From the NCBI GenBank assembly GCA_964276515.1, contig OZ193909.1, positions 4,402,001 through 4,466,000 of the forward strand: 64,000 nucleotides of DNA, read 5' to 3'. Both the position numbers and the translations under genes were made by a program. Below, one piece after another: positions 13,901 through 27,846 of this stretch. The notes under the pieces were generated by a model. That model was not told the DNA's origin. It searched no databases and worked only from the letters and a program-made list of their open reading frames with translations. This stretch comes from Gordius albopunctatus. Lineage: Eukaryota. Position 1 is the stretch's first letter. The number at the start of each line of letters is the position of its first letter.

Positions 13901-16900
13901 GGGGGGGGCAAAATGATCAATTATTTAAATTCTGCTTTTAATAAATTAACATTTAGAGGGGGGCAGCCGCCCCTCCCTGCCCCCTTGCTACGCTCATGCC
14001 TAGAGTCAATAGCTACAAATTGATTTCGACCATCTTTTTATTACATCTCTCATCCACTTTAAATTTGAGAGTTTTGGGAGATAAGTTTGAAATAAATTAT
14101 CAAGGTTTTATAAGTACAGTTGTTTCCACAAAATTAAAATCTAAGCTGAAATATGATGTTTAGTGAAATGTTATTACATCAACAAACAACATTCATTTGT
14201 TAGAGTTAGAATACGCTTTAAATGAAAGGAGGACCACGTAAAGAGGAGATAAAAAAGATTAAACATTCATTAACTAACACTCACTCATAGACAAAGTAGT
14301 ATGAATGATGTGTCTGTTTTATGTGGTGTTGTTGTGTGTGCACGTTATGCTGCTTATAAGACGGGGGGGGGTCGAAAAGATAAAAATCATAAGTTATAAT
14401 AAAAACTCGAGTTGCTTTATTTCATTCAGGGCTGTTTTCGCTTTAATAAATTCCTATAGACGTAGCTGGGGGGGGGGGGGGGCAGGGACGGCTGCGCCCT
14501 CTAAATCCAGTTTTTTTTAATTTATTATAATTATAGCTAAAATTTAAAAAAATAATAATTCCAATGCTGACTACGCCCGTGTAAATTACCATTCGAATGG
14601 TTTTTGTTTTGCGGGAGGAATAAAAATTTTGAAGAGCAAATTGTTAATCAAATAAAATTTTATTTTCTAACCACGTTTTAATACTCTGCTGGGGGTATAT
14701 CATCCAGAATTTCCTTTCCGCCTGAAAAATAAATTGAAGCGCATCATATTTTTTCCTTGTCGTCGGAAAATTCCCCAAGGATTTACTGTCTTACTACTAC
14801 CCTGCCCTGCCAGATGCTTTGTGTCTCGTACCCTTAAAACGTCCGTTCAAGTTTATAACAAAAAATTAATGGATAATTAGAGAGAGGAAGCTCGATATTT
14901 TTTTTGTAAAGCAAGGTTCCGACACATGTGTTTCAGGGGAAATGGTTAAGTGTGTTTTCAGGCGCTACCGTAGTGCCAACCCTTAAATATCTCAACTTGC
15001 ATATTTAGGAAGTCAAAAGTGTGATCTGGAATTAAATACTTGACCTTTAAACGATAGTTTGCCAGGTGTAACACCTTGTGGTGCTGCAAAGTTTTCTCGG
15101 CTTTCTTACTTATCATCATTTCCCCTTTAAGGCGAATTCTAATTCGCAGATTTTTACGCCCACTTAACAACTATAAAATAAGATATGACCTCGGGTCATA
15201 GCTCTTATTAGGGCTGATATAATTAAGATTAATAAGCCTAAGAAATTGTGTAAAAGCGTATCAAACTATCTCCCTATGTCATTTTCTGTCAACGAAAAAA
15301 ATAGTGAAAGGGTACATCTATTGTATTTTTAATGTGAATATTGCCTAAGCATTGTGTGGATTAGACTAGATGTCGTCGGGTCAATTTATAATTTCACATT
15401 GCGCAGTGTCAAACAGGCAATGTGTTTTTATGAAAGGAAAAAATGTCTAGTTTTTGTGTGTGTGCTTTACAAAACTATTTGGCCAGAGTTAAAGTAAAGA
15501 AACTTTTTCAAAATGTCTAAACATTTTATACTTGCTTTATCTTCCCTTTCTAATAGGATAACAATGATAATTTGTTGGTGAATTAGGTTTGAATCTTATT
15601 ATTAGGCCATCAAGTTGCTGACAACAATGCAATTTTATAATAATTAGTTTGTTGGCAATAATATGTTTACTCCCCGTGCAAACTTAATTATCTCACGGGG
15701 GGGGGTTCTTACTATTATGAGTGTGGTCAATTATATTATAATCGTTTTTTGAAGCAATGTGACATGGTCTAGCTCAATGCCCATTATATAACGCTATTTT
15801 GTTTTGAATTACCCAAATTTTAAATAAAGGACGGGTGGGGGGGGGGGTGGTAAGTGATATTTTTTTGAAAATTTCAATGGGATTTCGAGAATTGGAATGG
15901 TCGGACCTTCTGCCAGTGGTCAGCTATTTTTAATTTTTCTGCCCGAACCCTTCTAAGTGTCCACTCAAATTGTTGAAATTATTTATTAGAGCCGTCCGAA
16001 CTTTCCGGCCCGGGATGATGTTAAATTTGAGTCACGTTTTTGGATTAGAACTACGATTATATAAAGTGACAAAATAATATCTTATTTAAAAAAATTTCAT
16101 TAAGCCCGAAATGCCCGAATTTTGTTATAGTGACAGTCCGAGCGTGCAGTTCAGGCGGCAGGCTGGGCTGGTCTTTTATAGTCCCTGCACCATCATAACC
16201 TATGACGATTTTGCTTAGTTTCAATTTATATGCTAAACGTTTATGAACTAAATATTTATTGAAGATGGAAATTATATATTTTCGCAGTTTCTTTAATCCT
16301 TTAAAAACTAGACGTCAATGATGTTCACGTTTGGGTTGCTTACATTTATAGCTTATATTTTAATGTTATCACAACAGTACAACGAAATGACTTTAAAATT
16401 TTATTACACAAATACAGGGCTTCCGGCCAAATACCAATTCCCTGGCCCAACTCATGCTCTATAACCAAGAACATTTCGCTCAACCTCCACCAGCCCACAT
16501 GGGTATACCTACCATGTCGATCGACCCCAAATCAGGTTATTTTACCACTACGGCGAAAGACGTCGTCGTCACCTTCACCAAATTTTAATTATTAACTCTT
16601 CTTTAATTGCACTCATTAAAATAATATTTTAAAACATGCGAGGTAGCCTTACAGTCAGAGTTTTAAAATTTCACCTTATTTTGTAAAAATTTGATGAGCT
16701 CTCACCATTGCAATACCAGCTTGAGATATACAGCTTACCCTGGCCGAGCCTAGTTATATTATGAATTAAAATTTTTTTATTAAAATGGCAAACTTATCAT
16801 ATTCCTTAAATATTGCTAAACCAATTACTTCCTTATTTTTTATTAAGATTGCCTTTTTTCCCATAAATAAATAAATGCAATAATAAGACAAAAACGGAGA

Positions 16901-19900
16901 TTAAATTCAATCCTCGGTGCTGGCTAGTCATCCGTTATGTTTCTTCTCTCGTCCGGCCCTCTTTTCTCATAAATAATAAATACATATCGCAAACCTAATC
17001 CATGTCGGTTCACGTACGCGAATTGTCACGAATTTTGGTGGCCGCCCCAAGTTGACAGTCATAAATAAGCATCGCTGCCCGCGCCTGTGTTTTGTTGTGA
17101 ATTATACATTCAGATCGCACACGCAGCGCTGCCTTTGCGCTCCCTTCTCCCATTTTACCCTCTCTTTAGCACGTCACTTTTTTGGCTGTGCGGTGAAATG
17201 AGATGAAATTCTGAAAGGGAGACACGAGAAGAAAACGATGGCATGTCATTAAGAAATTACCAACCATGTGGTGGACGTGGGGAAAGAATCGACCATTTTT
17301 ACCATATATTTCGCGTTTAAGCTAGCTCGGTGACACATTTCTTTTTTCTTGTGACACGTTAAAAGCATTTTTTTAGTTTTTAAAGCATCGGCAAACATTG
17401 GCTTAGCCAGGGGGGGGGGCTACCCCCTCTAAATCCAAAAACTTGTTGAAATTTATGAAAGGTATGGCTAAAATTAAAAAAATGATGATTTCGCCCCTTT
17501 ATAAACAAAGATTACCCCCCACCCCTCTCTGACAGATTTGTTTGGAATTTTATGCCCGAACCCGGCCCGGTTCAATTTTTTAATTTCAATGCCCTCCCGA
17601 GCCAGCGAGAACCCTTTTAGGTGTCCGCCCGGGCCCGCCCGAAACATTAAAGCTGTCCGGCCCGAAATATTAAATTTGCCCGTTAGGCCTAAAATTATGC
17701 GATCTCAGATTCTTTCAAACACTATTAAAAAATAAACATTAAATTAATGGCATGTTGATTAAAACAAATATGCAATATTTTATTATCACAAATAAAATCT
17801 AATTTTCTATATAATTTAAAAGTCGAATGATTTTTTCAAATGAAACTTTTAATCTTTAATTTTAAACCAAATAGGTCAAAAAAATTTAGAATTTGATCTT
17901 TCTAAAAAATTTGGCCAGATAGCACCGGCTAAACCGCTCTAGGTCCCAATATTTTAATAAGTTAATTGCTAATGCATTTAGGGACAAATATCTTACGTTT
18001 AAAAATCATATAATAGCAAAATATTAATTGCATGCAACCGATGTCCATGAAAATTTTAATTAAGTTTAAAGTATACATATTTAATTAATAATTCTTACAA
18101 TAAAAAATTATACTCTCCCTTTGAGTTAACCCGTTTGCCCTACCCTATAAATAAATTTCTAATGAATAAAATTAGTTTATTTAGTGAATCTGCGCTCTGT
18201 TAAAAATTACTTTTTTGATAAAAAAAAACAATAATTTATCAATGGAGTTTAAATGCAATTAGATTTTCATATGCAGTCAAATAAAGAGTAACAAAATAAT
18301 TAATACACTATTTAAAAAATCTCAATCCCGGGCCCGCCCGAAAATAAAATTTTAGGACAGTTGCCAGTCCCGGGAGCCTGTTCTGGCAGCGCGCTGGGCC
18401 GGGCAATCTGGTCTCTGCGACAAACATTATCAAAGTTATGTTTTCAGAATCCACGTCTTGCCTTAGTGAAGAATATGATGGTCCGTTGTTTTTGTTGAAA
18501 CGCTTTACCAAAAGGCGAACGAGAGTTTATCGCTCCTTCTCGATCTCTAACTCTCTTGGAAGGTAATGAGATAGATAAAGAAAGTGCTCTCTAAAGGCGT
18601 GCTAATCTAACGTTATGTATACGTGGTTGTGTAAAGGAATGTTGTTAAATTACAAACCATTTTTTATGCAGAGCTGTTGAATGACCAAATAAACTAAACT
18701 TTTCAAAACATTAGTTATTATTATGTCACGTTGAGTTACTTGTGTGAACTTTTACAAACTTGGGGCATCTCGAAACGATTTATGTTATTATATTTTATGA
18801 TGAACCCTTCTCGATAAGGGGAAGGCAAATAGCGCATTCCTTTAGCCAGCCTGCCTAAGACTTGGAAATAAATTAAAATCACACCTCAATTAGCCCAACT
18901 CCTGAATTAATTAGTTTGCGAGTGTTTGTTTTAAGCGTATGCAAACTTTAATTTTTCTCCCTTCGAGGTTTACCCCAAAAGAAATTTGAATCATTAGCGC
19001 GTTGTAACATTTCACTTTTTATGAGTTTCATCCTCAAATCCTTTGCTATCCGTATGTATGGCATTTGGGATTACGACTCGCACAAGCCATTTTTGGACAA
19101 CAAAGCCAAGCCCCCCCCCTCCTCCCCCCAACTCCTTCTAATCACTCGTACAATGCGAATGCCAAAATAAATGGTCTAAGTAAGGGAACGAGAGCGCGTT
19201 AAAGGGGGGCGCGCGCACCTTAATTGAATATTCATGAGAAAATGGAGAAAGGGCGAAAAAGAGAGAGTGTCTGCTGCTGGCTTTCATTCTCCCCCCCCCC
19301 CCAAACCCGAACTGAACCAAGAAGAACTGCCGATAAAGGCTCATTTATGAATTATAATCATACATTTTGCTCGCTAAAACTAGCCCCTGCCCTCACATTT
19401 CTTATGTGCCCCCCCCCCTTGGCTTTACCTCACCAAAATCGTGATAATTTATTATTTTCCTTTTGTTCAAATTCGTTTTGTCGCTAGCAAGCGGTATATC
19501 AGATATATACTCTTATTTACCGCGGCTTCACCAAACTTAAATGATATGGTAATGCTAATTTGACACGGGTTGAGCTCTTTGTTGGTCTCAGCAAGGAGTT
19601 GGGAATAATAACAATCAAAATATTAATTAACAGAGAAATTTTAAATGAAAAATTGTAGGATAAAACATTAATCAATGCATAGGGTTTCATAATGTTTATA
19701 AAGAAATTTAGAAGAGTTTTGTGGTTTTTACTTTCAAAAGTCTACCAAATACAGCATGAAAATCACTGATTGATTAGAACTTTTTAAAACCAATAAGTTG
19801 TCTAACTTGGGGGAAGAAAGTAAAAGGCGTGCTTTAATCAAATGTTTTAGAAAGGTTGAATATAATTCATTGTTATGGTGTCCTAAGATTTGCTATTGTA

Positions 19901-22900
19901 TGTCCCCACCCCCTTTAAAGTAAAGCTTCTATCTGACCATCATTTTCGACGTCTCTTAATATATTTCACCATTTTGGTACATACTTTTATTCAGGTATGC
20001 CAAGGTTATCCCCCTACCCATTTCCCTCGGCTCACCAATACACCCATCCCGGAGCCCTTTACGCCACCGATTTCAGACAGGGTTCTTGGCCAAGTGCCGG
20101 ATTGTATCCCATTTCCACTTCTAACTTCCCACCCATGCCCTATAGCCCAGCCCCTGGCTTTCCACCCAATTTCGCAAAGTAATCAATTTTCGAGAATTAC
20201 CAAGTTATTAGACCTTAACCATTAGTCGTCGTGAAGTACTTGCCGCGAATGCACCGTACAACCCATGGGGGGGGGGACAGGGAGGGGCTGTTGCCGCCTC
20301 TCTAAATCCACAAAAAACGTTGAAACTCATTAAAATTATGGCTAAAATTTCAAAAAAATGATCATTTTGCTCCGTATAATAATAGACTCATCCCCTATTG
20401 AATCATGGCCGATTTTTAGACGTTTTTGAATAGCTTATAAGATTTACTTTTTAAATAACTTATACCTGATTTTATCACAAACTAAATCTTAGAGGCATTG
20501 TGCTCAAATTTTTTTGGGAGGATTTGAAAAATTTATAATTTGAATGATTTAATTTCAGATACAGTCCACCGATATTATCCCCGGTCACTCCTGCATCGCC
20601 ATATGCCGCTGGCATGTCTCCAGCTTTCGGTGCGGCCAACTCCCTCAAAGGCGAATACATGTATCCAGATCTCAAGTAAAAGCCTACCTCAAAATTTGCA
20701 TTTAATATAAGAAAGTAATCCTCCTAAAAATTAGACCGCTCCTTTCTGCTTCCCTTAATTTTTTACATTTTCAAATACATGTTGATTTAATTATTATTAA
20801 TAATAATTTTTATTTTGTTATCAGAACGTCACCCCATTTTCCCATTGACCCACACCACCCACTACACGCTGCTGCCGCATTCGGCCTGGCCGCGGCCCAT
20901 CATTCGCCCCATCACCAGCAATTGCTACACCACCATCACCACCCAAATCCCTACGCCCACCCCCATTCCGTCAGCGCTGGGGGTGGTCAGTCTTCGGCTC
21001 ATCATCCAAACCCCTTTTTCATGGGACCACCCCTACATCCCCCCACTAACGGGTACGGAGGGGGGCCCGGGCTCCACCACCCCAGCAACAATCAGCTGAC
21101 TACCCATTCTAAGGGTCTGCACAACAGCACAACTCCTGCAGACAAGAGTGGTGCTATTGCCACTGCTAGCTCTTCGACCTCTAAAAATTCCACTTGCGGC
21201 GCTCCTACTAGCGTCAGTTGTAATTCTAGCGGTAACGCCAATAGTAACCACGATGAGGGGACGAATGCTAACGCGATAGCCGCCCTCACTAAGCCTAGCA
21301 AAAAGAAGAAGGCGTCCTCTTCGTCGCACCACGGCAACCCTAATTCGAGTTCGGGAGGTGGCTCCGGCCAAAATGCCGCTGTACCGCACATCAAAAAGCC
21401 CCTGAACGCCTTCATGCTATTCATGAAGGATCAACGTTCCAAAGTTATGGAAGAGTGCACGCTCAAAGAAAGTTCGGCCATCAATCAGCTCCTAGGGCGC
21501 AAGGTAGGCCCTCTTTTCCAAGCCAAATTGCTTTACATATATTGTAAAAATCAACGAAAAAAACCCAAGTATTTTGATTTGAGTATGGTAAAGTATGAGC
21601 TTGAATTCGAACACGACCAACATTTTCAACTAATCCCGGTTGGTTTTTGGTCTAAAGTGGTGGTGGGGTCCTTCGGGGAGTAATTCAATTAGACTGAATA
21701 CCTTAATTTTCCATAGATAATCATCGTTTGATGAATTCTATTGAATGGACGCTATCCTTAGTCGCCTATATAATATAAATTTTAGTCCCGTAGATTTTAT
21801 GACAAAATTATTATTATTTGTTAGACAACTTTTGTAAACAAAGATAGGATAGCTTACTTTTGGGTATTTTACACGCGCTACATATTTATAATTTGTAGCA
21901 GTGAAAGTGGTATGGAGTGCATTTTTGGGATTAAAAATCGTGGAGACTATTATAACTGGATCTATCTCTAGTTGCTGTATAGCTCAATCCACGCTAAAAA
22001 ATCACAAAAACTTTAGAAAAAATGACACTAGTCACCTATCTATTATTTTAATGCTAAAAACACTTTTCGATAATATAATTACAAAATATTTTATCATCAA
22101 AGTGTGAAATCTTTACGTCTATTTTGTGTTTGCAGTGGCACGGCCTAACTCGTGAAGAACAAGCCAAGTATTACGAGATGGCACGCAAGGAGAGGCAGAT
22201 CCACATGCAATTGTACCCGGGATGGACGGCTCGGGATAATTACACGTCTCACAACTGCATCAAAAAACGGAAGAAGAAGCGGGAAAAAACCATAGACCCC
22301 ATTGACATTAATGGTGCGCTACCTAACTAGTTGTTGAAACATTAAAAATTGTAATGGTGGTCGTGATGTTATTTCAAATACTTTTTCTACATACTTACTT
22401 GTAATTCTTCCTCAGCTCTTCTTTATCAAGTATTCGGTCCCCTATAGTCGTGGTGTTTGTTATGTCGAGTTTTCCATAATTATTATTCTATTTCCTTCCC
22501 ATAACTTTGTCCACTTTCCACGTGATATCTTCTTCTCTTTCTTGGTACCTCCATGCCCAGTATTTTTCGATTTACATCCTTCGTCTCCCTTCACAGTTGT
22601 AAATATTGCCTGAAAATAAAGGCAGCGAATGATTAAAAAGAAAATTGTTGTGTATTTGATGCTTATTTTTATCCATTTGCCCCGCCCCCCCCCCTTAATT
22701 TCCAAATTCTGACACCAATAAAACATACATTCCTGGAAAGTACTAAGATGTGTTACTATATATGTAATTTAATATTATTTTTATTGGGAAAAAATGACGT
22801 GGCTCTTATTTTTTTGCCGTGTAGATTTGTCGGCCTCCAAAAAATGTCGCGCGCGCTACGGAATTGAACAGCAGAACAATTGGTGCAAACCCTGCAGGTA

Positions 22901-25723
22901 CTATCCCTCGGTAATTTTAAATATACACTTAAAAACATACAAACTGCTTTATAACAACGGTAAACGTCGCGTTTTTTTTCGACATTTTTACTTAAACCCT
23001 CACAAATTAACAAGCATTTAGATATAACTTAGTCCAACAAGTATAGAAAAATCAACCGATTAGGATATTCAAAAGCTTCATAAAATGGTAGAATATTCAC
23101 AAACGGTTTAATTCTTTGTTATTTTGTTATAGTAAATTACGGGGCTAATTTTAAGTCTATTTTAAAGGGTTTAAAATGTGCTTTTATAGATAATCAATAT
23201 TATCATGAAAATGCCTATAAGTTTGAGTATCATTTATGTTTCATTTGATTAACCCGATCCCTGTCCTGCTCCTCGATTAGGAGGAAGAAAAAGTGCATCA
23301 AGTTCATTGACGATTCCGACTCCAATAACAACGATATCGACTACGACGACGAAGATAATAACAGTCAACACTCGTCGTCGTCGATCAATAACAACAACAA
23401 CAACAGTATTCCATCACCAGCGACGGCCACCTTCATTTCAACCGCCACCCCATACACTCAAAACCCATCCACCACACATGTCGAACTGGCATCTCGTTCA
23501 CTCATAACAACATCAGACACGACCACCACCCTTCTAACTCCTTCCACCACCAACCCAACCATGACCATCTCCTCTACACATTCGATAGCAGCTAGCAGTC
23601 CTCTGGCCTCCTCGTCGGCAACTTCGAAATCGCTTTCTACCGCGGCTAAAACCAGTGGTCCGAGCGAGGGCGAGCCTGATAAGAGTTGCCCTAAACCTTC
23701 CTCTCACCACAAAACTAAAAGTGGCGGGGGCTCGCGCGATTGCGATTGCTGCCACAACAGCCATCACCACCACCATCATCACGGTTATAGGACGGGTGGG
23801 GGCGCTACCAAGGGTTGTCGCAAAAAAGTGACAGCCCTCATGCCACCTCTCCCCCTCAATCCTTACTACTTCGGGCCCCACCATCCTCACCCCTATTTTT
23901 TCGCTCCTCCTCCACCCTCCGCCCCTCTTCACGCCCCACGTCGGCACGAGAGCTCTTCCCCCTACTTCACGTTTACGAACGAGCGCGAAGAAGAGTTGTT
24001 GGTGGGTGGGGACGGGGGCCGGGCTAGGGCCGAATGTTGTCACCACGCTATCGTTGAAGATTATGACGGAGGCTCACCCTTGTCCCCGCTCTCCCTTTCC
24101 CCACCACCTGCCGAAAAAATGACCGAGGATGGCGAGGCCGAATCTTCCAACAACCCTACTACCGATTGTCAGACCCCCGCCACTAGCGAAACGTCACTTC
24201 ACGCGCCCTCTCCACTCAAGATGCACCCAGCTGCTCGTAATTCTTTGTCACAACAGGCGGGCGGTGGTGCTAATAGTCAGGGTGGTGGTAAGACGGGTAA
24301 ATCGGGCAAGATGTTTCTTAGCCCACACCATTTCTTATCGCTCGGCTCGCCAGAAGCCGCTGCGCTCGGTTACAATTTTTTTAACCAAGCCATGCAGTAT
24401 TCGCCCTACGTACCGAATCCCTTTCACCCGGCGGCTCACCAACAAAACACGGAAAAATTGTTGAAGACGCAGCTGAAAAAACAGCATCGAGAACACAAGC
24501 ACAAGGAGGATCGCCCAAACGAACGGTGCACCAATTGTAATCCCGAAGGAGCTTCGAATGATTCGGCAGCACCTAAGCAACAACCGCAACCCGGCAAAAA
24601 ATGTCGTTGTCGATCGAGCGTCATGAGGGTGGGAGAATCGGGTTCTCACAACCCCTACGCCGACTTTTACCATCACCAAGGCAAAAGAGTGACACCACCC
24701 ATGCCTTCACCTTTTCCACCACCCGATTACTACTTCTACAATTACATGTACAATAACTATCACCACCACCACGGTAAAAGCTACGGGGCCAAATCATCTC
24801 ACGCTGTGGGGAGCGATAGTGAGGCGTTAGATAGCGGGAGCAACGTGTACGTCTTTGACGATGATACCGACGAAGAAACCGAGAGCGTGGTTGAGGGCAA
24901 GGGTAACAATTCGCAAGGCACCGATGTCACAGCTAATAACAACGGAACCACGAGTAAGAAGTATACGGGCTCAAAACACTCTCATAACAACGGATCTTCG
25001 CATAAGTTTACCGTGCCCCGCAAGAAGCTCAAAACCGAAGGCGTGAAGATGTTAAACTTGGACAAAAGTCAAGGTGTAGACGGTATAAGTTCACCCAGGA
25101 TCACCTCTAACACGAACGGGTCTGGGACGTTGGGCGAAGAAAATGTCGCGATACCATCGCCTTTAGCGCCGCCGGACTCAAGTTCCGATCTGCCGTTGCA
25201 CAAAGTTTTGGTAAAGCCGCCGCAGGATTGCTCGTGTTCATCTCAAGAATCACGACAGCAGCAGACTACCACAGTCGAAGAGTTACAGGTAGGCGGTGAC
25301 TCTATAGCTCAAAATGAATCGTATGCCTGTGGAAAATGTAGGGGCAAAAAGGGGCATCCGCCCCCTAATCCAGTTAGCTCGGGCGATGGCGTCAGTGAGA
25401 TGACTCTTTTGCAAGACGACGATAACTTGCATTATTATCATTACGAAGGAGGCGACACGGATCAATTAGTTATCCCTCCCGAAGACGAACTCGAGGAAGA
25501 AGATACAAATGCTTCGGCAAAGACTCAGCATCCCAAGACCAATGATCGTCAAAGTAGTCATAATGGTGACAACCGAATTGATCAAAACTGCAAACAAAAT
25601 GAACCGATTAATAACGCTATGACATCCCAGTTAAATAGTCAGAGGATGGAATACAATTCGTGCAGTCACAGCGAAAAACCCCCTCTCGTTACATCTAGCC
25701 CTTTAAAGCTTAAAACAACCTAA
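4774..25723 (+). CDS. TCF: TCF/LEF family HMG-box transcription factor (pangolin/TCF), 10 coding exons, ~1384 aa
   Basis: Exons 4774-4947, 5877-5973, 7771-7862, 16418-16535, 19995-20178, 20559-20675, 20825-21503, 22136-22313, 22825-22897, 23281-25723. All introns are GT-AG with matching phases; total 4155 nt. Motifs: DEVKVF...[10 protein letters not shown] (beta-catenin binding), [23 protein letters not shown] box [15 protein letters not shown]...[36 protein letters not shown], basic tail [10 protein letters not shown]-clamp [25 protein letters not shown]. Confidence 0.93.
5877..5973 (+). CDS. TCF: TCF exon 2 (predicted)
   Basis: Acceptor CATAG, donor GTGAGT, open frame [14 protein letters not shown]...; phase 0 to 1 fits exons 1 and 3; no conserved motif recognised. 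Confidence 0.65.
6950..7063. mobile_element. Short GC-ended MITE (CATGGGCGTA...TACGCCC family)
   Basis: Terminal inverted repeats. Related copies lie at ~2012, ~2609, 13873, ~14453, ~17400, ~20264, ~34088 and ~63540. Confidence 0.7.
7771..7862 (+). CDS. TCF: TCF exon 3 (predicted)
   Basis: [35 protein letters not shown] sites; phase 1 to 0. Confidence 0.75.
11163..12085. mobile_element. hAT-type MITE with nested CCCG-rich element
   Basis: Ends CAGTGGCGTA...TATGCCCCTG; flanks caccctag/tcccctag (degenerate 8-bp TSD); internal GGCCCG repeats. Confidence 0.7.
13873..13998. mobile_element. hAT-type MITE (CATGGGCGTA family)
   Basis: TIR CATGGGCCTAGC/GCTACGCTCATG; flanks tctagggt/cctagagt. Confidence 0.72.
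16418..16535 (+). CDS. TCF: TCF exon 4 (conserved PPPAHMGIP motif)
   Basis: [40 protein letters not shown], a motif typical of invertebrate TCFs; not in the ORF track. Confidence 0.88.
17530..18418. mobile_element. MITE with GCCCG/CCCGA subterminal repeats
   Basis: GC-rich CCCGG-type repeats at both ends of an AT-rich core; similar blocks at ~15900-16190, ~36920-38717 and ~53190-53480; boundaries approximate. Confidence 0.6.
19995..20178 (+). CDS. TCF: TCF exon 5
   Basis: [11 protein letters not shown]...PPNFAK; TTCAG acceptor, GTAAT donor; phase 1 to 2. Confidence 0.85.
20559..20675 (+). CDS. TCF: TCF exon 6
   Basis: [18 protein letters not shown]...YPDL; TTTCAG acceptor, GTAAAA donor; phase 2 to 2. 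Confidence 0.8.
20825..21503 (+). CDS. TCF: TCF exon 7, His-rich region and first half of the HMG box
   Basis: In frame with ORF 20922; ends ...[12 protein letters not shown] with donor GTAGG. Confidence 0.92.
22136..22313 (+). CDS. TCF: TCF exon 8, second half of the HMG box and basic tail
   Basis: TTTGCAG acceptor; [36 protein letters not shown]...KKRKKKREK. Confidence 0.95.
22825..22897 (+). CDS. TCF: TCF exon 9, C-clamp (73 nt)
   Basis: [31 protein letters not shown] acceptor, GTACT donor. Confidence 0.93.
23281..25723 (+). CDS. TCF: TCF terminal exon (RKKKCIKF plus long low-complexity tail)
   Basis: Acceptor ATTAG; RKKKC completes the C-clamp; continuous frame into ORF 23561-25723; PLSLS at 24086-24100. 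Confidence 0.85.
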
Positions 25724-26443
25724 CATTTTTAGTCTCTAACTTGGGGTTGTGTGGAATATAGGTGGCCGTCGTTTTATTTTTATAAGCTCCTTTATTTATT
25801 CCACAAACCCATACGCACGCACGCACTTTTATACAAATATCTTATATATTTTTTGTCTATTGAACCTGTCGCGCCTTTAGTATTATATCATTTACGCTTT
25901 ATAATATCTACTAAATATTGATGATTCTATCGTGATAACTTGAAACAAGGGTATCTACTTAATTTGTTACACCATTGCGTTAACTGTTTCTCTCATCATT
26001 ATATATTTTTACATATTTTATGATAAGCGCATAGTAATTAGTTTTGAAAACTATCCATTTATATAACTTTTATTCTACTTCCCCTATGCATAAGAGCTCT
26101 TCGCCACAACGCTGAATGATGTTAAGCCAGTTAAAACGATGTTAGAATGGCTTTGTTGACGCTAACTCCGCAATTTTTATATATAACATAGATAAGGAAT
26201 CATGTTAGTCTTAATAGATGTGCTATCTACCAAAATATAACCCAATCCTACTCCCCCCCTCTCCCTACTATATTTTTATGCATTTTATCAATTGTGGTAT
26301 TATTATAGTGATGATTACTTTTTTTTGCTCAAACGCATGATAATTATATACCTTTCTAAATTATATCCTATTTTGTACCAAATTACTTCTAAAGTATATT
26401 TGTTTTCATATGTTGATCTACGATATTTTTATAAATGATGGTA

Positions 26444-26449
26444 AATAAA
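26444..26449 (+). terminator. Candidate polyadenylation signal of TCF
   Basis: AATAAA ~720 nt after the stop, followed by GT-rich sequence and just before the TE field. Confidence 0.4.
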
Positions 26450-27846
26450 ATTGTGTACAAATTGTGATACGGTGTTTGAATTATAAAGAATATATATAAT
26501 ATTGGTGGTTTGTACGACGATTTTTTTAATGTTAGTAATACGAGAATCTCGTGTTATATGTGCTTGGACGCATAAGCTCTGTCATCAAGAGGGGTAAAAT
26601 GCTTAAGAGGTTAAGTTGTAACAGCAAATACAAACTTAAGCAGAAGGAATGAGGCGGTAGAACAACTTTAAATAAAAGTAGTTTTGTGCGAGCAATTGCT
26701 GATAGGCAAGCTGCTCATCCATTTTGCTCAACGAATGTCTTAATTAATTATGTGACATGTCGCAATTAATCTGCTCAGTAAATGTGTTGGAATTGTGGAA
26801 AATGAATGAGACACGCTTTCCGGCACTCAGCAAAATGGCTAAAGACTATTTAGGGCAGTCCACCACTTCAGTTCCGAGTGAACGAATGTTTTCTTTGGCA
26901 GGAAATATTGTTACAGCTAGAAGAAATCGTTTGTCCTCAAATACAATTACCCAAATTATGTGTGTAAAGTCTTAGGGAAATGTTAATTTAACAATAATAG
27001 TTGTAATTTTAATTTATATGTCCATTTCGTGAAATTTATTAAAATAATAATGCTGATTTGGTGTCAATACTTTAATTTGAACTAAAAACAGATATAAGAC
27101 ATCTAAATCAAATATATGTAAATAAAAAAATATTTTTGCCATGTTTTAAACAATAAATTTGAAAATCTTTTACAAAAAAAATAAATTCTCATCTTTAATA
27201 AAACTATTACATTGTAACCTGGCTTAAAAACCCATATTAAAAATGTCAAAAAATTTATTAGCATTTTGGTGAGACAGAATATTCAAAATTTTTTAAAACA
27301 TATTTTTGACATGTATAAAAAATAAATTTTAATATCATTAATCATATTTTAGCCATATATAAAGAATATTTTATAAAGCGAAATTTCCCACTTTTTATAA
27401 AACTTGGCACTGTGACCTGGACTTAAAATATTATTAAATATAAATTTAGAAACATTAAGACATATTAAGAATGTCATAAAAATATTTATACAATAAAATA
27501 TAATTTCGATATTTATAAAAAATAAATTTTAAAAATCATTTTAGATATATATAATGAAAATCGAAAAAGTTAGTTCGCACCTTTAATAAAATTTTAACAT
27601 TGACACATGTTCTTAAAAACAATAAAATATAAAGTTAAACCATATTAAAATTGTCAAAAAAATCATTACCAAAATTTTTGGCATGTAAAAAAAATAAAAT
27701 TTAATATCATTAAGCATATTTTAGTTATATATAAAGAAAATTGAAAAAAACAAATCGTCTGAAAAAATATAAATTCATAACAAATAGCCACTGGCGTAGG
27801 GAAGGGGTGGTTGTCCGGTTAGAACGCCTCCCATGATGTTCAATTT

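Noticed and set aside
21033..25465. Antisense and alternate-frame ORFs over TCF exons
   Set aside because: Shadow ORFs of GC-richer coding exons with no recognisable motifs.
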